A stretch of DNA of 64,000 nucleotides from the human T2T-CHM13v2.0 reference genome, Homo sapiens: NCBI RefSeq assembly GCF_009914755.1, contig NC_060942.1; one strand, 5' to 3'. The stretch's first letter is position 1. Every line of letters begins with the position of its first letter. This document shows, in pieces, positions 46,256-61,920 of the stretch. Both the position numbers and the translations under genes were made by a program. The notes beneath the pieces were generated by a model, which had not been told where the DNA came from, did not search any database, and worked only from the letters and a program-made list of their open reading frames with translations.

Positions 46256-46469
46256 TTATAGAAATATATCCCATAAGAAGCATAAAAGAGGGACCATTCT
46301 CAACATCCTGAGAACTGTTACTTGAAACTTCCCACTTTGTTTATGGCTCATAAGCATTGCATCTAGGACCAAATGGTTTAAGTGACAGCCAAGACCAAAA
46401 CCCAGTGTAGTGATGTCATCTCCCTCTTCCTTTATGCTGCAATCACATTAATAGCTTACAAAAAAGTAA

Positions 46470-48330
<1,861 letters not shown>

Positions 48331-48885
48331 CTTTGACAATCATAAAGACAATAGAAAAAAAATAGCAATTTATTAGATATTTGTACCTCTACAAGTATTT
48401 GAAACTGATTGACTAGAGTGGCTTCTCCCACATTTGACTTGAAAATCTGTAAGGATACCATCAAAATGTTTGAATTACTGTAGTATTTTATGGCAAGAAA
48501 TATAAAAATTTCAAGGAATTTACAAAAACTTTGAAATCATTAGTGAGTTTGCCAAGGTCATAGAATACAAGTAAATGCACAAAAATCAATCATATTTCTG
48601 TATGCTAACATGAACAATTGGGAATTTAAGTTTGACACACGGTACAATGTGCAATAGCAACAAAAATTGAAATAGGTATTTATCTAAAAAAAGTACAGAA
48701 TCTTATGCTGAAAACTAAAAGCATATGATGAAGACATAGACTAGATCCACAGTTTGTTGTACTTTTGCTGAAGCTTTATTAAATTGAGAAATATTATGAT
48801 TCCATAACATAAGCCAGCCTTACTTGTGAATGTGACTTAAGATTGAATCCTTTGATCCTGATGCTAGGAAGAGGAAAAACAAGAA

Positions 48886-49360
48886 TGTATGAAAATAAAT
48901 GAACACACAAATGAGAACAAACAAAAGCTACTCAATCAGAACTTGTTATAGCAGGGAAGTCAGACATCATCATTCTTGTTTGGCAGAGACTCAAAGGTAG
49001 ACAGGAGATTGAGAAAGCTTCATAGTGAAAAAAGGAAGCTTAATTAGTATGGGGAGCTGGAAGTGGGTTAACCAGAAGTGGGGCATCCTATGCGATTGTT
49101 TAGGGAAAATAGTTGGCTTTCTCTTACTGGTCCTGAATTGGAAGGTGGGGTAGTTATTGCCTAAGGCCTATTTTGGGCCCATGGCTGCTGAGATTGTGGT
49201 CTGACTTCCTGGACTGGTGATACAGAGGTTGTGAGTTAGAGTTCTGTATTCATATATGGCAATTGTCCATTCAAACTAGCCATTGTCCATTACTGTATTC
49301 ATATATGGCAATTGTCCATTCAAACTAGCCATTGTCCATTTCTGTATTTAACCTCTCAGA
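48886..49360 (-). mobile_element. Probable ERVL-class LTR (MER77-like)
   Basis: tgtatgaaaataaatgaacacacaaatgagaacaaacaaaagc...ggcagagactcaaagg; family call from memory only. Confidence 0.5.
49244..49348. repeat. 49-bp tandem duplication (2.1 copies)
   Basis: ctgtattcatatatggcaattgtccattcaaactagccattgtccatt(a/t) twice, then ctgtatt. Confidence 0.95.
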
Positions 49361-52119
49361 TGTCATGTTGAAAGAAGAAACTAGAAACACTTCTCAACAC
49401 ATGAGTAGTCCTCAGCCAGTTAAAGGGGCAGAGAAAGAATATTCTAGGTATATGACACAGCATATGCAAAAGCAGAGAATCTTGTCATAGGTCTTGAGAG
49501 ATTACAAGCAAATTCTAGACACCATATAAATGGTGCAGTGGTGAATTTACAGAGCATATGCATTATAAAAATTTAACCAATTTTATATATTATTAGTAGA
49601 AAGCATCCATCTTTCCACACTTTCCTTTGAATTTTCCTTACTCCAAAATTAAAATTGCTGACAGGGAGTTCTACATTCTATTTTTATCCTCCCTCCTCTT
49701 CTCCACATGGTTTATACTCTTAATTCTAACAATACTGTCAATCACTTGAATTCATAGAAGTCCCTGCTCCTCTTCCCCCACAGGAATTATTTAGTCTGCA
49801 CAAAGCTAGCTCAACTGTCAAATTCTAAAAGAGCCATTAAATGTTCATTAGGTTCTCTGTAGCTTTACTTTTTATAATTTGATGAACAATAATCAGTTCT
49901 ATTGTACATTTTCAAAAGCAGAATTTGATTCTAAATCATGTGCCATTCTCTACAATGAGGGACAGTTATAACTGCTGGCTAGAAGAATTATTTGTCATGA
50001 AAGGGTAGAATACTCATCATTTGGGGAGATTAACCATTGCCATTGCTTCTTTGTTACAGCTTTTGAGATATTCCTATTTTGGTTTCTTCCCATGGTGTAT
50101 CTTTTACTTTTGAACCTCATGTGACTCTTACATTTTTCTGGAGATTCTAACAATCTATTGAAAGTATGAGAGAAGGAAATTAAAGCAGTCTTCATCTTTA
50201 GCCGCTAAAGCTAAAGATGAAAAGGAAAATGAAGAGAGTAAAAGAAAAAAGAAGAGAGAAAATTCTTCCCCATGATTACATAAAATTTGAAAGATAATGA
50301 TTTTTTTTTTCAAGACCCATGTGACTCAAATAGTGTTTCCCAGTTGCGTCTTCCATGTTAACTATTCAATAACTCTCTCCCTCACCTCCATGTTTAGAGG
50401 TATGTTATACACAGTCATGCTTAGACCATTTCCTTTAGGGTTGTGTTGTTCTAAACCAACACTAGTCATGAAGTGGCACTGTGGCCTTGGGTGACTGGAG
50501 ATTGTATCCTACTTTTTTGTTCTGCCCAAAGATTGATCTGGCGTACGTCTTGATTTTCTGTAACACTGTAGAATCAAGACCACAGTTGAGATTTCCCAAA
50601 ATATACACTGGGAGTAACAGAAGGTGAGTAGAACTTACATCTGCTATTAGTAGATGTGGCTCTAGCCAGATACCTATGCATACCCATGTTTAAGCTTCTC
50701 TGTGGTGCGCCCCTATGCCTGGCTCCGCGAATATCTCTAGGGCTGAGGCCAGGCCCCTTTACAAATGAGCAGCTTCCATGCATGCTTGTGGCTCAGATTT
50801 CAGGTTCAGCTCCTGGAAATTCTCCCTTACTCCAGGCCATGGCCTTACTTCATGTTCATGTTTAGCATCTTCCCAAGGTGGCTGACAGTGCTATTATAAG
50901 GTCCATTCAGAGAAGAGATGCCATTTTCATTGGTGGCCCTTACTAGGACAACAATTTAAAGAATTTATTCTTTAACATCAGTGTTTACTGAGATATTCAC
51001 TTTTTCAATACCCATGTGGAGTATCACCAGGACAATCTGGGTTGAGTTAGACAGAATCCCACTGATATGGTTTCACTTGTAAACAAAAGACAGAGTTTCC
51101 TGTTATCTTCCAGGTCTTGTTATTGATCTCCATGAGCACTTGCTTAACAAGAACATTCCTCTTTCCATGTTCACAGAAAATAATTCGTAGTTTCCTTATA
51201 ATTTAAATCTATAGACAGGGAAAAAAAATTCTCATTGAAAGCTCTACAGGAATAAGGCTTTGCCTACAGCACATAAAACAGGAACCAGGTTGTGTGGGAT
51301 CTGTCATGCCGAACAGCCCTCATGAGGCTCAGTGTCCCAAACATCTGGGTTGTAAAAGAAGACTCTGGCTTTTGTTTGCAGAATTATGAGTCTTGTTCTA
51401 ATCTTTTCCCCAAAACTAAAGAGCCTTTTGGCTCAGAGATTAACTAATGGCTTAATGTCTGAGATTACTGACATAATATCAGTTTTTAAACTTCCACCAA
51501 TAAAGATTAAAACAACAAAAGCAACAACAAATATTTACATCAGGCCAAGACAACTGATAGCACTTACATACTGCAGTTATTTGCTTTTATATCTCTGGCA
51601 CAATTATATTTTAAAGGGCAAGAATGTTATGTATTCATCGTTATGTTCCCAGAATTCAGCTCAGAGTACAGAATAGACAATGAATAAATACTTGCAGAAT
51701 AAGTGAATGTTAACACTTTTGACCTCACAATTGGACTTCAACACCCATATCTTTCCTTCTTTTATCCATCCTTTACTCAGGTTTTATTAAATCTACTCTC
51801 TTTTCTCCCAATTAGTTCCCTTTTGTCCTGACTGCTATCACTTTCATTCAGACCCTCAGTGTTTCACCCTGTACTTTAACAAGAGCCTCTGACCCAGCTT
51901 CTCTGCATCTCCCCAGGTCAGGGCATCTTACACAGTGCCCCAGCATCTCACTCTGAGGGAAGTCTGACCCTGTTACTTCTGCTCTTAAAAACCTTTCAAA
52001 TTTTTTGCATGGTTAAAGCAGTGATTTCAAACCTTTTTCTTCAGAATGCTAGGATTTCAAAGTAGTGACTCCAGCCTTCCACATTTGATTTAGATTTTAT
52101 TTTTTGAAACATCTATGCT

Positions 52120-55100
52120 TGATTATTGTAACAGGTGACGCCAGAACTACCCCTTCCAGAAAGTTGGAAGGATTCCACCTTCTGAGTATAGCTAAAAACC
52201 TCATATATTATATCTAAAACAAACCTAAGACTCTGAGAGGCACAGAAGGTAGACAGACTCAGGACGGAGGACCCAAGCCATGACACAGTAGTGAGTTACC
52301 TGGGATATCCTTTTCTCTCATATATTCCATACTTGGAGCAGAAGAAGTAGGCAACCTGGAAATGCCAAAAAATAAAAAGCACATACAAAAAGCTCTCAAA
52401 CAAGGCTTGCTCTTTCTGCCTGTAGGACCAGGAAATGGGCAGCCTTGGTAGAAAGAAAAGCTTAGATAATAACAAATATTCTCCAGCAGACACCACGAAG
52501 AAAACTGGTTCCTGCCTCGTCCAGGTCAGCAAAGGCCAAGTGAAGAGCATAGACAGTCCTCTAAGGCTGTTATGAGGCACCTAAGCACCCCCCTGGGGTG
52601 AGGCCAGAGAGGGCCACGCAGGAAAGTAGGACTTTCACACCACTGGTGATAATGAGATCTTCCCCCATGGTGTCAGCAGAGTCCCAGAGAAAAGTCTGTG
52701 TTTCCATCCCCCGTTGGGAGTAATGATGACCTCGCCCCTTCACCACTCGGGCGGTGACCAAGGAGGCCTGGTGGAGAGTAGTTCACCACTGCTCCTAGAA
52801 TGAGGCCACCACCGTCTCCTGTGGCATCCGTGGAAAGCACGTGGGGAAGTCGCAAAGCACTCCTACCCCTCCCAGTCAGGTCTCTATTGGTGGAGGCCTC
52901 ATGGGGGGAATCCCCCCATGTATGCTCGGAGATAAGGAGGAGACCTCATCACAGGTGTCAGGGAAGGCAGAGTGGGTAAAGTGGACTTCTCCTCTCACCT
53001 GGCAGTAATGAGGCAGAAGCTGTCCCCAGTCCTTTCAGCGCTGGAGCAGTTTTGAAGGAAGCACTAAAACAGAAGACTGATATAAGAGCTGGGGCCTACT
53101 ACAAGGTATCCCAAATGTTAAGCCTTCAGTTGAAAATTATTTTTTATATCCCAAACTACGAAGATCTTGAAATGAATGAAAAAAAGACAATAAATAGATA
53201 ATTCTAAGATTGCAGAGATGTTAGAATTATCTGACAGAACAGCCATTATAAAAAATGCTTCTATGAGCAAGTACAAACATACTTGAAACCAACTGGAGAT
53301 TTCAGAGCTGAAAATACAATAATCACAATAAAAAACCTCAATGGATGGGCTCAATAGCAGAATGGAATGGACAGAGGAAAGAATTACTGAACTTGAAGAT
53401 AGAAGATAGAAATACAGCGTATTAGAAGATAGCTGCACAGTCTGAACAAAAAAGAAAAAGTAGGCTGGGGGAAAAAAAGAACAAAGACTTGAGGACCCAT
53501 GGGACAACAACAAAAGACCTGACTTTTGTATCATCAGAGTCCCCAAAGGAAGAAAGAAAGAGGGTGGGGCAAAAAAGTGCTCATATAACTAACAGCTGAA
53601 AATGTGGCAAAATACATAAACCCACAGATTCAAAAAAATTCCAACATAAACCCAAAGAGACCTACCCCAAAACACATCACAGTCAAATATCTGAAAAGTA
53701 AAGACATAGAAAAAAGTCTCTTGACAGCAGTGGGAGAGAAATGACCCCCTATCTACAGAGGAAAAAACAATTTTATTGACAGTGGATTTCTCTCCTGGAA
53801 CCACATTCTTCAAGTGCTAAAAAAAAGGAACTGTCAACCCAGATTTCTACATCAAGCAAAAATGTCTTTCAGAAATGAAGTGGTAATATAGACATTCTCA
53901 AATGAAGAAAAACTAAGAGAATTTGTCACTAGTAGACCTACCCTGAAAGAATGGCTAAAAGATATTGCATAAACAGAAAGAAAATAATAAATGAAGAAAT
54001 TTTGTAACATCAAGAGGAAAGAAAATGGTTAGCAACAATATGTGAAAATACAATCGTTTTTCCTTTTTCTCTTTAGTTTTAAGGCAATATCATAAATAAG
54101 GGAGGTTTAAAAATACAAAGGAAGATCCAGTTTCTACGTTTCATTTGAGTTGGTAAAATGATGACACTTGTGTACTTTGTGTGTTGATACACAGACATAA
54201 ACACATAATATTACCTAAAGTAACCACTAAAAAATACACAAAAATACTGCAGAAAAATCAAAATGGAATTCTCTAAATGGTACAAGCAACTCACCAGAAG
54301 TCAGGGAAAAAAAAATCAAATCAAAGAAAATAAAAACAGAGAACAAACAGAAAATGAAATACAAGATATCAGACTTAATCACTAACATTTAAATAATCAC
54401 ATTAAGTGCAAATAATCTAAATAGATTAAAAAACAGAAGCTGGCAGAGTGCATTAGAATATGTGAACTATATTTGTAGTATCTATAAGAAACTGACTTCA
54501 AATACAACCATATAGGCGATTGAAAGTAGAAGGATAAAAAAAGATATAACATGCAAATATTAATCAAAGGAAAGCAGAAGGAGTATATTAATAATAGAAA
54601 ATGTAGGCTTCAGAGCAAAGAGAATTACCAGAGACACAGAAAGACATTATATAATGATAAAAGGATCAATCCATCAAGAAGACATGCAATCCTAAACGTG
54701 TACACACCAAACAACAGAGGTGCAAAATATGTGAAGCGAAAATTGATAGAACCATGAGGAGCCACAGACAAATCCACAATTATAGTAAGAGACTTTGATC
54801 TCTCTCTCTCTCTCCTTTTGTCAATATTGAGAGAAAAACTAGACAAATTAGAAAGAATATGGAAGAACTAAACAACACCATCAACCAACAGGATCTAATT
54901 CATATTTATAGAACATCCCATCCAATAACAACAGATATACATTCTTTTCAAGCATCTGTAGAACATATACTAAGCTAGACCACACCTGAATCATAAAACA
55001 GGCCTCAACAAATTTAAAATAATTGGCAGTGTAATGGACTAGAACTATAAATAAATAAGAAAAACATAGGAAAATCTCCAAATGCATGGAAATTAAGCAC

Positions 55101-55865
55101 GACACATAAATAACCTATGAGTCAAAAAGAAAGTTTCAAGGGGAAATTTTTTAAAAATTGGACTGAATGAAAATGAAAATACAGCATATCAAAATTGTTG
55201 GACACAGCGAAAGTGGTGGTGAGAAGAAAATATATAGCACTAAATGTGTATATTAGAACAGAGAAAAAGTCTTAAATAAATTATTTAAGATGCCACCCCA
55301 AGAATCTTGATCAAGAAAAGCAAAATAAATCCAAAATGAGCAGAGGGAAAAAATATAAAAATAATAATAGAAATCTTGAAATTATAAACAGAAACAACAG
55401 AGAAAAATAATAAAGCAAAAAGTTGGTTCTTTGAAAAGATGCATAAAGTTGACAAACCTCTAGTAAGATGGACAAAGGAAAAAAAAAAGAAGACACAAAT
55501 TACCAGTATTAGAAATACAGGAGATATCACTACAAACCTTGCAAAAATAAGAAGAATAATAAAGAATGGTATGGACAGCTGTACATAAATGAATTTTACA
55601 ACGTAGATGAAAGGGACCAACTCCTAAAAAAACACACATTGCTACCACTCAATGAAGAAAGATTATATACTCATATACCATTTAGGACATTGAATTTGTT
55701 CTTTAAAAATCTTCCCAAAAAAGAAAACTTTAGGTTCAGATGGTTTCACTGGAGAATTCTAGCAAACATTTTAAAATGACCTAACACAAATTCTACCCAA
55801 TCTTTTTCAGAAAACAGAAGAGGTGTAAACACTTCTTAATTCATTTTTTTGAAGCTAGTATTTTT
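52120..55865 (+). mobile_element. Ancient L1 (L1MD/L1M4-like) 5' half: GC-rich 5'UTR, degraded ORF1 and EN/early ORF2
   Basis: ORF1-like gctcaatagcagaatgga...gaattactgaacttgaagataga and actaagagaatttgtcactagtagaccta; EN-like acattatataatgataaaaggatcaatccatcaagaagac; ggttcagatggtttcactggagaattcta. Confidence 0.8.
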
Positions 55866-56509
55866 TCATGCTTTTGTGGCTTTTGTTTCATGATAAAGAA
55901 TGATGGCAGTTATTTTTTGCTAACTGAAATAAAAAACAAAAAGTTATTTCTTTGAGTTTAGTTTAGAATATTTTGATTAAATAATGTCCCCATACTGCAA
56001 GTCAAACTTAGGATATAGTTGACCACATCATAAAGACCTGGGTTCTAAACTGAGCTGAACCTGCATCTTTCCCAGAGAGTTGCTGGTGCCTTCCTACCTC
56101 AAAAGCTGATACAGTGAGTTCTGCTTTAGCCATAGCTGCAACAACAAGAGTAGACATTACCCTATAGTTTCATGTTTGTCTAATGAGTTACATTGGTGCT
56201 TTTGTAGATAGTAATTGGCTGTGTAACTGTAAGTTTCTCTTTGATATTTCTTTTCTGTTTCATTGACTGATTGGTCTGTTCTTATACTAATACAACACTG
56301 TCTTGATTACTATAGGTTTGCAGTAAGCTTTGCAATCGAGAATATTAGTTCTCCAACTTGAGTTTTTACATGATTATTTGGCTACACTAGACCTTTGCAT
56401 TTTGATATAAATTTTAGAATCAGTGTTTTAATTTCTACAAAATATCCTGCTGGGATTGTGATAAATTTCAATTCATAGATCAATTTTTAAAATTGACATC
56501 TTGAAAATA

Positions 56510-57069
56510 CTGAAAGACCCAAAGACAGAAATACCATTTGAGTCAGTAATCTCATTACTGGGTATATACCCACAAGAATATAAATCATTCTATTATAATG
56601 ACATATGCACACATATGTTCATTGCAACACTATTCACAATAACAAAGACATGGAATCAGCCTAAATGCCCATCAATGGTAGACTGGATAAAGAAAATGTG
56701 GTACATATATACCATGGAATGCTATGTGCCATAAAAAAGAACAAGATCATGTCCTTTGCAGGGACATGGATGGAGCTGGAGGACATTATCCTTAACAAAC
56801 TAACACAGGAACAGAAAACCAAATACCACATGTTCTGATAGTGGGAGCTAAAGGATGACAACACATGGACACATAGAGTGGAGTAACACACACTGGGACC
56901 TATTGCAAGGTGGACGGTGGAAGGAGTGAAAGGATCAGGAAAAATAACTAATGGGTACTAGGCTTAATACTTGGGGGATGAAACAATCTGTACGACAACC
57001 TCTATGACACAAGTTTGCCTGTGTAACAAACCTGCACATGCATCCCTGAACTTAAAAGTTTAAAAAAAG
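56510..57069 (+). mobile_element. L1PA15/16-like 3' end nested in an older antisense L1
   Basis: ORF2 C-terminus in ORF 56501..56734 (EIPF...LLGIYP...KTWNQPKCPS); 3'UTR aggatcaggaaaaataactaatgggtactaggcttaatac; host L1 on both sides (~56260-56510 and ~57075-57300). Confidence 0.88.
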
Positions 57070-57329
57070 TAAATAATTACTAAGTCCTTAAAGCCACAAA
57101 CATGGTGTATCTCTCTATTTATTCAGGTTCTCTTTAATTTTTCTTAGCAATAGTTTAATCTTTCATTCTAGAGGTCTTACATGTTTTTATTAAAATATTC
57201 CCTAATATTTTGTTTAATAATACATATAAATGTTTAAATATTTAAAAATGGTTTTACTTTCCATTTTTCTACAATGTAGAAATACAATTAATTTTTGTCA
57301 TTAAATAAATTCAAGTGGTAGTACTACTG

Positions 57330-57490
57330 TCTCTGTGTCCATGCCTCTGTTTCCCCACATATGAAATGGAGATAATAATACCAACAAACCCTTAGGGTTG
57401 TTGTGAGATTAAATGAGTTGTGATGCATACATTATTGTGAGAACTTTGTGTAGCCTTGGACAAATGCTCAGTCAACATTGGTCATTGTTG
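57330..57490 (+). mobile_element. MIR
   Basis: gcctctgtttccccacatatgaaatggagataataatacc...agggttgttgtgagattaaatgag. Confidence 0.75.
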
Positions 57491-58825
57491 CTTATTCTTA
57501 TTTCCAGGGACTAGGATTAGCTGGGGTCTCCGATCAGGTGGAGTCTCCCATCAGCTGTTCTGGAGGAAAATAATCTTTATCAGAGCAAGAGGCTCATCTG
57601 GGTTAAAAGAAGTTACAGGGTCACATCCTGTAACCGCAATGATGTTCTTTTAGTATGTGCTCCCGTCAGGGCTAGATTGAAAGGATGGTTCCAAAGCATG
57701 GGGTTTCTTTCCTCTCTGCATGAGTTTCATTCAGAAAGCTGAATTATTCTGTGAAGGGCTTTGGGTATCAAGGAATGAATGCCAATGTGCCAAGCAATAT
57801 AACAGCACTGCAAGACGGTAATAGGCATTTGTTGTTAAAGGTGTCTTCTATGGATACTGGAGGCTGTGGTGATAAAAGTTGAGAAGTTCTGTTTCTCTTT
57901 TGACATTTAAATCAAAATCAAATCTGGGAACTGTTAATAAATAGAAATATAATCTGAAAGGCAATGATAAGACTGAGGTCCAATACTATGCTGCAAAGAC
58001 AGTGTATGTCAGAGATTTCAAATATAGAGTTAATTCAGTTAAGTGACACAACAACATCCCCACTTCTTAATATTTTTCTAGAGCTCAGATTCAAACTTGT
58101 CTTGAAACACAAGGCTTTGGGATACCTGGGAAGTTAGTTTTATTTTGCAGTAAATTGAGCATTCTGGACTATCTTGAGTTGAGAATTAAAGAAACTTAAT
58201 AGAGATCTAGTTCTTCATTCACAATATAGAGTCTTAATTGTCACTGGTATATTTACCCACCAATGTGCACCAAAATCTTATCTGCCCAAACTGCTGCTTC
58301 TTCCTGATAACCTTGGCATGGCTTTCTACTGTGTGAAGCAAAATATATATTGTGTGGAGATGTGACATTTTTTCAATTGGATCTGGAAAGATAATGGTTA
58401 AATATTGTTGTCTGATAAAGAGCAGTATCACACATGCATGATTCATGATAGAGTCTCTTTTCCAAGCATAACTGCAAAAGCATGAGCTTGATGTTAAAAA
58501 GAAAGAAAAAGGACTATGATACAAACATCAGAAATAGATCATTATCTGAATTCACTAGTTATTTCCTCTCTCTTTTATGGACTAATTTATACTAGCAGAA
58601 AAGGGAGTAAAAAGAGGAAAGGCAAGCTATGTCTGAAAATATATCATGAAGCTGCAATTTTCTGTAATTTTAGAATACATGTTTTTCTGATTGTAAAACA
58701 TAATGACCCTTAATAAAATGTGGAAAATCAATCTATAAAAAAATTTTATTTTTATGATCCAGAATGATGTGTTGCTGGCATGTTAGTATATTTCTTTTCA
58801 GTCACTCTCTTTCCACAATAAACAG

Positions 58826-58844
58826 GCGCACGCATGCACGCGCG

Positions 58845-58876
<32 letters not shown>
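58826..58876. repeat. 51-bp alternating purine-pyrimidine (CG/CA) tract
   Basis: gcgcacgcatgcacgcgcgcacacgcgcgcgc then (ac)n. Confidence 0.95.
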
Positions 58877-58879
58877 GAG

Positions 58880-58881
58880 TT

Positions 58882-58916
<35 letters not shown>

Positions 58917-59375
58917 CTTTAAGTTCTGGGATACATGTGCAGAATGTGCAGGTTTGTTACATACGTATACATGTGCCATGGTGGTTTGCTGCACCTATCA
59001 ACCCATCATCTAGGTTTTAAGTCCTGCATGCATTAGGTGTTTGTCCTAATGCTCTCACCATGTCCCCCACCCCCTGACAGGCCCTGGTGTGTGATGTTCC
59101 CCTTTCTGTGTCCACGTGTTCTCACTGTTCAACTCCCATATATGAGTGAGAATATGCAGTGTTTGGTTTTCTGTTCCTGTGTTAGTTTGATGAGAATGAT
59201 GGCTTCTAGCTTCATCCATGTCCCTGCAAAGGACAGGATCTCATTCTTTTTTTATGGCTGCATAGTATTCCATGGTGTATATGTGCCACATTTTCTTTAT
59301 GCAGTCTATCATTGATGGGCATTTGGGTTGGTTCCAAGCCTTTGCTATTGTACATAGTGCTGCAGTAAACATACA
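58880..59375 (-). mobile_element. L1PA7/8-like 3' end with (TTTA)n tail
   Basis: tttaagttctgggatacatgtgcagaatgtgcaggtttgttac...ctaggttttaagtcctgcatgcattagg. Confidence 0.9.
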
Positions 59376-59399
59376 ATGCGTAAAGTTTTTAATACTGAT

Positions 59400-60450
59400 T
59401 AGCTCATGCACTGTTATACCCTGATTCAGTCATGAACATTTTCCTATGACATTGAAGTAGACTTCACTAGCATGAACTGGAATGGATGCATATTTTTGTC
59501 ATAGGGAACACATGATTTAATTTAACCATTATCAAATTACTATTATCTAGGCCATTCCAAAATTTCACTATTACAAATAACCCTGCAATAAATATCATTG
59601 CACATTAATAAATTCCTAGAAAAGGTAGTATGATGTTAAGAGCTTTTATTTCCTAATTTGCTTTCTTTAATGCTTATCAACTTACACTAGCACTATCCAT
59701 AAATGGAAGTAAACATTGCACTTCACTCTCATCAGCACTGAGAATTGTCATTAAGAAAAGAAAAAAGATGCCAATCTTCCATCTGAAAATGATCTCTCAT
59801 TACTGTTTAAATTGGCTGTTTTTATAACATTAGTGAGATTGGACATTTGTTTTTAACACGTGTCAGCAACTTTTAAATTTCTTCTTTTATTCATAAATTA
59901 TTGGATGGTGCTCTTTGCCTCTTTTTCCCTTAAGTTTAAATAATTTAAGATCTCTTTGCATATTAAGGAAATTAACCCTTTGCCATACAGCATTTGTTAA
60001 AAATACTTGTCTCACTTTTTGTTTTATCTTTTAATCTATTATGTATGTGTATACCCACATTTATATACACATGCACATATATATGTATGTACATGGATAT
60101 TTTTATATAGACAACGCCATTGACATTTTAACTTGCTATTTCTATCAGTACTTTTATGCTTTAGGAATTTTTAACTTGATGTGAATGAAATATTTACCAT
60201 TTTAAAATCTGCAGGTTGTTTTATAATTTCATCTTTTATATTTAACTACAATTTACTTGGATTATTGTGCAAATTAGAAATTCCTACTTTCTTCTTAATA
60301 GGATATCAATTATCCAGCACTATTTATTGAATACTTATTTATTTTGTCACAGATTTGTTAAATCCCTTTCATTTAAAAATGAATTCTTATATAGTTCAAT
60401 ATAAAACGCAGGCCTCCTTTGTTCTATTGTTCTGTCTAGCTATTCTTAGA
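59400..60450 (-). mobile_element. L1ME-like fragment
   Basis: actattacaaataaccctgcaataaatatc; tctcattactgtttaaattg; tccagcactatttattgaata. Confidence 0.55.
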
Positions 60451-60989
60451 TCAGCCTGTTATTGTTCTCAAAGGAACCGGAGAGATAAAAATCTATCCTA
60501 GTCTTATAATCTCAGTATTACTTTATTTATAAATACATGTTTAATAACACAAGTACATGACTAGAGGTTTACTTAATTGGAAATATCAACATTTGACATC
60601 AATGACCCGCTTTTCTCATAAACCATCCGCCTTCTCCCCACCCATCCCTTCAGAACCCCCCATCCCACCCAGGTGAAGCTGCCTAAACATGTGAGTTTCA
60701 GTCTTGGATGTGCACTGAAATTGTCTGAGAAGAGGAAAAGATATAGCTGATTGTATCAAGAGGTCAAGAAAGAATATTGTGAAAAGACAATTTCCAGCTC
60801 TTCTTGTTGTGTTTTAATATGTCTATGCTAGTTTTATGAAATAAATTGGGTAGACTTTTGAAATATTTTATGCTTTAGAATTTTTAGTAAAGCCTGGGAA
60901 CTAAAAAAGTTGAAACAAATCATTGTGTAATTGACGCTGGAATGTTTTATAGAGGTATTTATTTGATGAATTTTAAATTTGTTCCATGG

Positions 60990-61920
60990 TTCACTTATTT
61001 TCTTACTCATTCTTTAGTTTGTTTGCTCATTCAACTAATAATTATTGAGCCTCTGTTACATAAAAGACATGATGTTAGGACTGAGGACAAAATGGTAAAC
61101 AGACCAGGAATACCTTCTGCCCTCCAAGGGTATATAATCTAGTGGAGATATGCATAATGATCCAAATATAACAAATACGTATGAAATTGCAGCCCAAACA
61201 GAATCGTGCCAGGAAAAGCCAGGGGTTTTGAATTTGGCAGATAAATCAGAGAATGATTAGCTGAGAAAGTGATGCATGAGCTGAGGTATAACTTAGGAGG
61301 AGCTGATTAGAGAAGACGAGAGGTAGAAACATCCAGATGGACAAACAAGCATATACAGAAGTCCTGTGGTGGAAGAGAGCAGAGAGGCAGAAGCAATTGA
61401 AAGGAAGCAGAGTATGGAGCAGATGGGGGCTGGGCTTTCTTATGCATTTCTTCCTTTATCCTAAGAGCAAATATATGAAAAGGTGTTCAAAGTGAAACAG
61501 GGTGTTGTTACTTAGTTTTGCCTTTCTCCACTGTGAAGAACAGATTAGTTAGGGGTGCTGCTTTGCAGGGTAGATGTAAGCAAACTATTTGGGAGATTAT
61601 GGATATAATTTAGCAGTGTGATGGTAGTAACTAGGACTAGATCAAGAGACTGCAAGTCATGGCTCCCAGGCCAAATCTGGACTCTCACTTGTTTTTATAA
61701 ACAAAGTTTTATAAGAACACAGCCCAGCTCATTCATTTAGTGTCCATGGCTGCTTTCATGTTAGTTACAATGATGAAACTGAGTAGTTGCAACAGAGACT
61801 GAATGACTTGCAAAGCTTAAAATATTTACTATCAGACCTTTTACAGAAAAAGCTTACCAACCCATGGACTGGATGAGCAATGGTAGAAATTGACAGAACC
61901 AGGTGGACTTTGGAGCGGTT
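60990..61920 (-). mobile_element. L2, interrupted by MER58A
   Basis: ctcattcaactaataattattgagcctct...ataatctagtggaga...gagctgagg. Confidence 0.65.
61643..61866 (+). mobile_element. MER58A (hAT-Charlie)
   Basis: ggccaaatctgg...gtttttataaacaaagttttat...tttacagaaaaagcttaccaacccatg; 8-bp TSD gactagat / gactggat. Confidence 0.88.
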
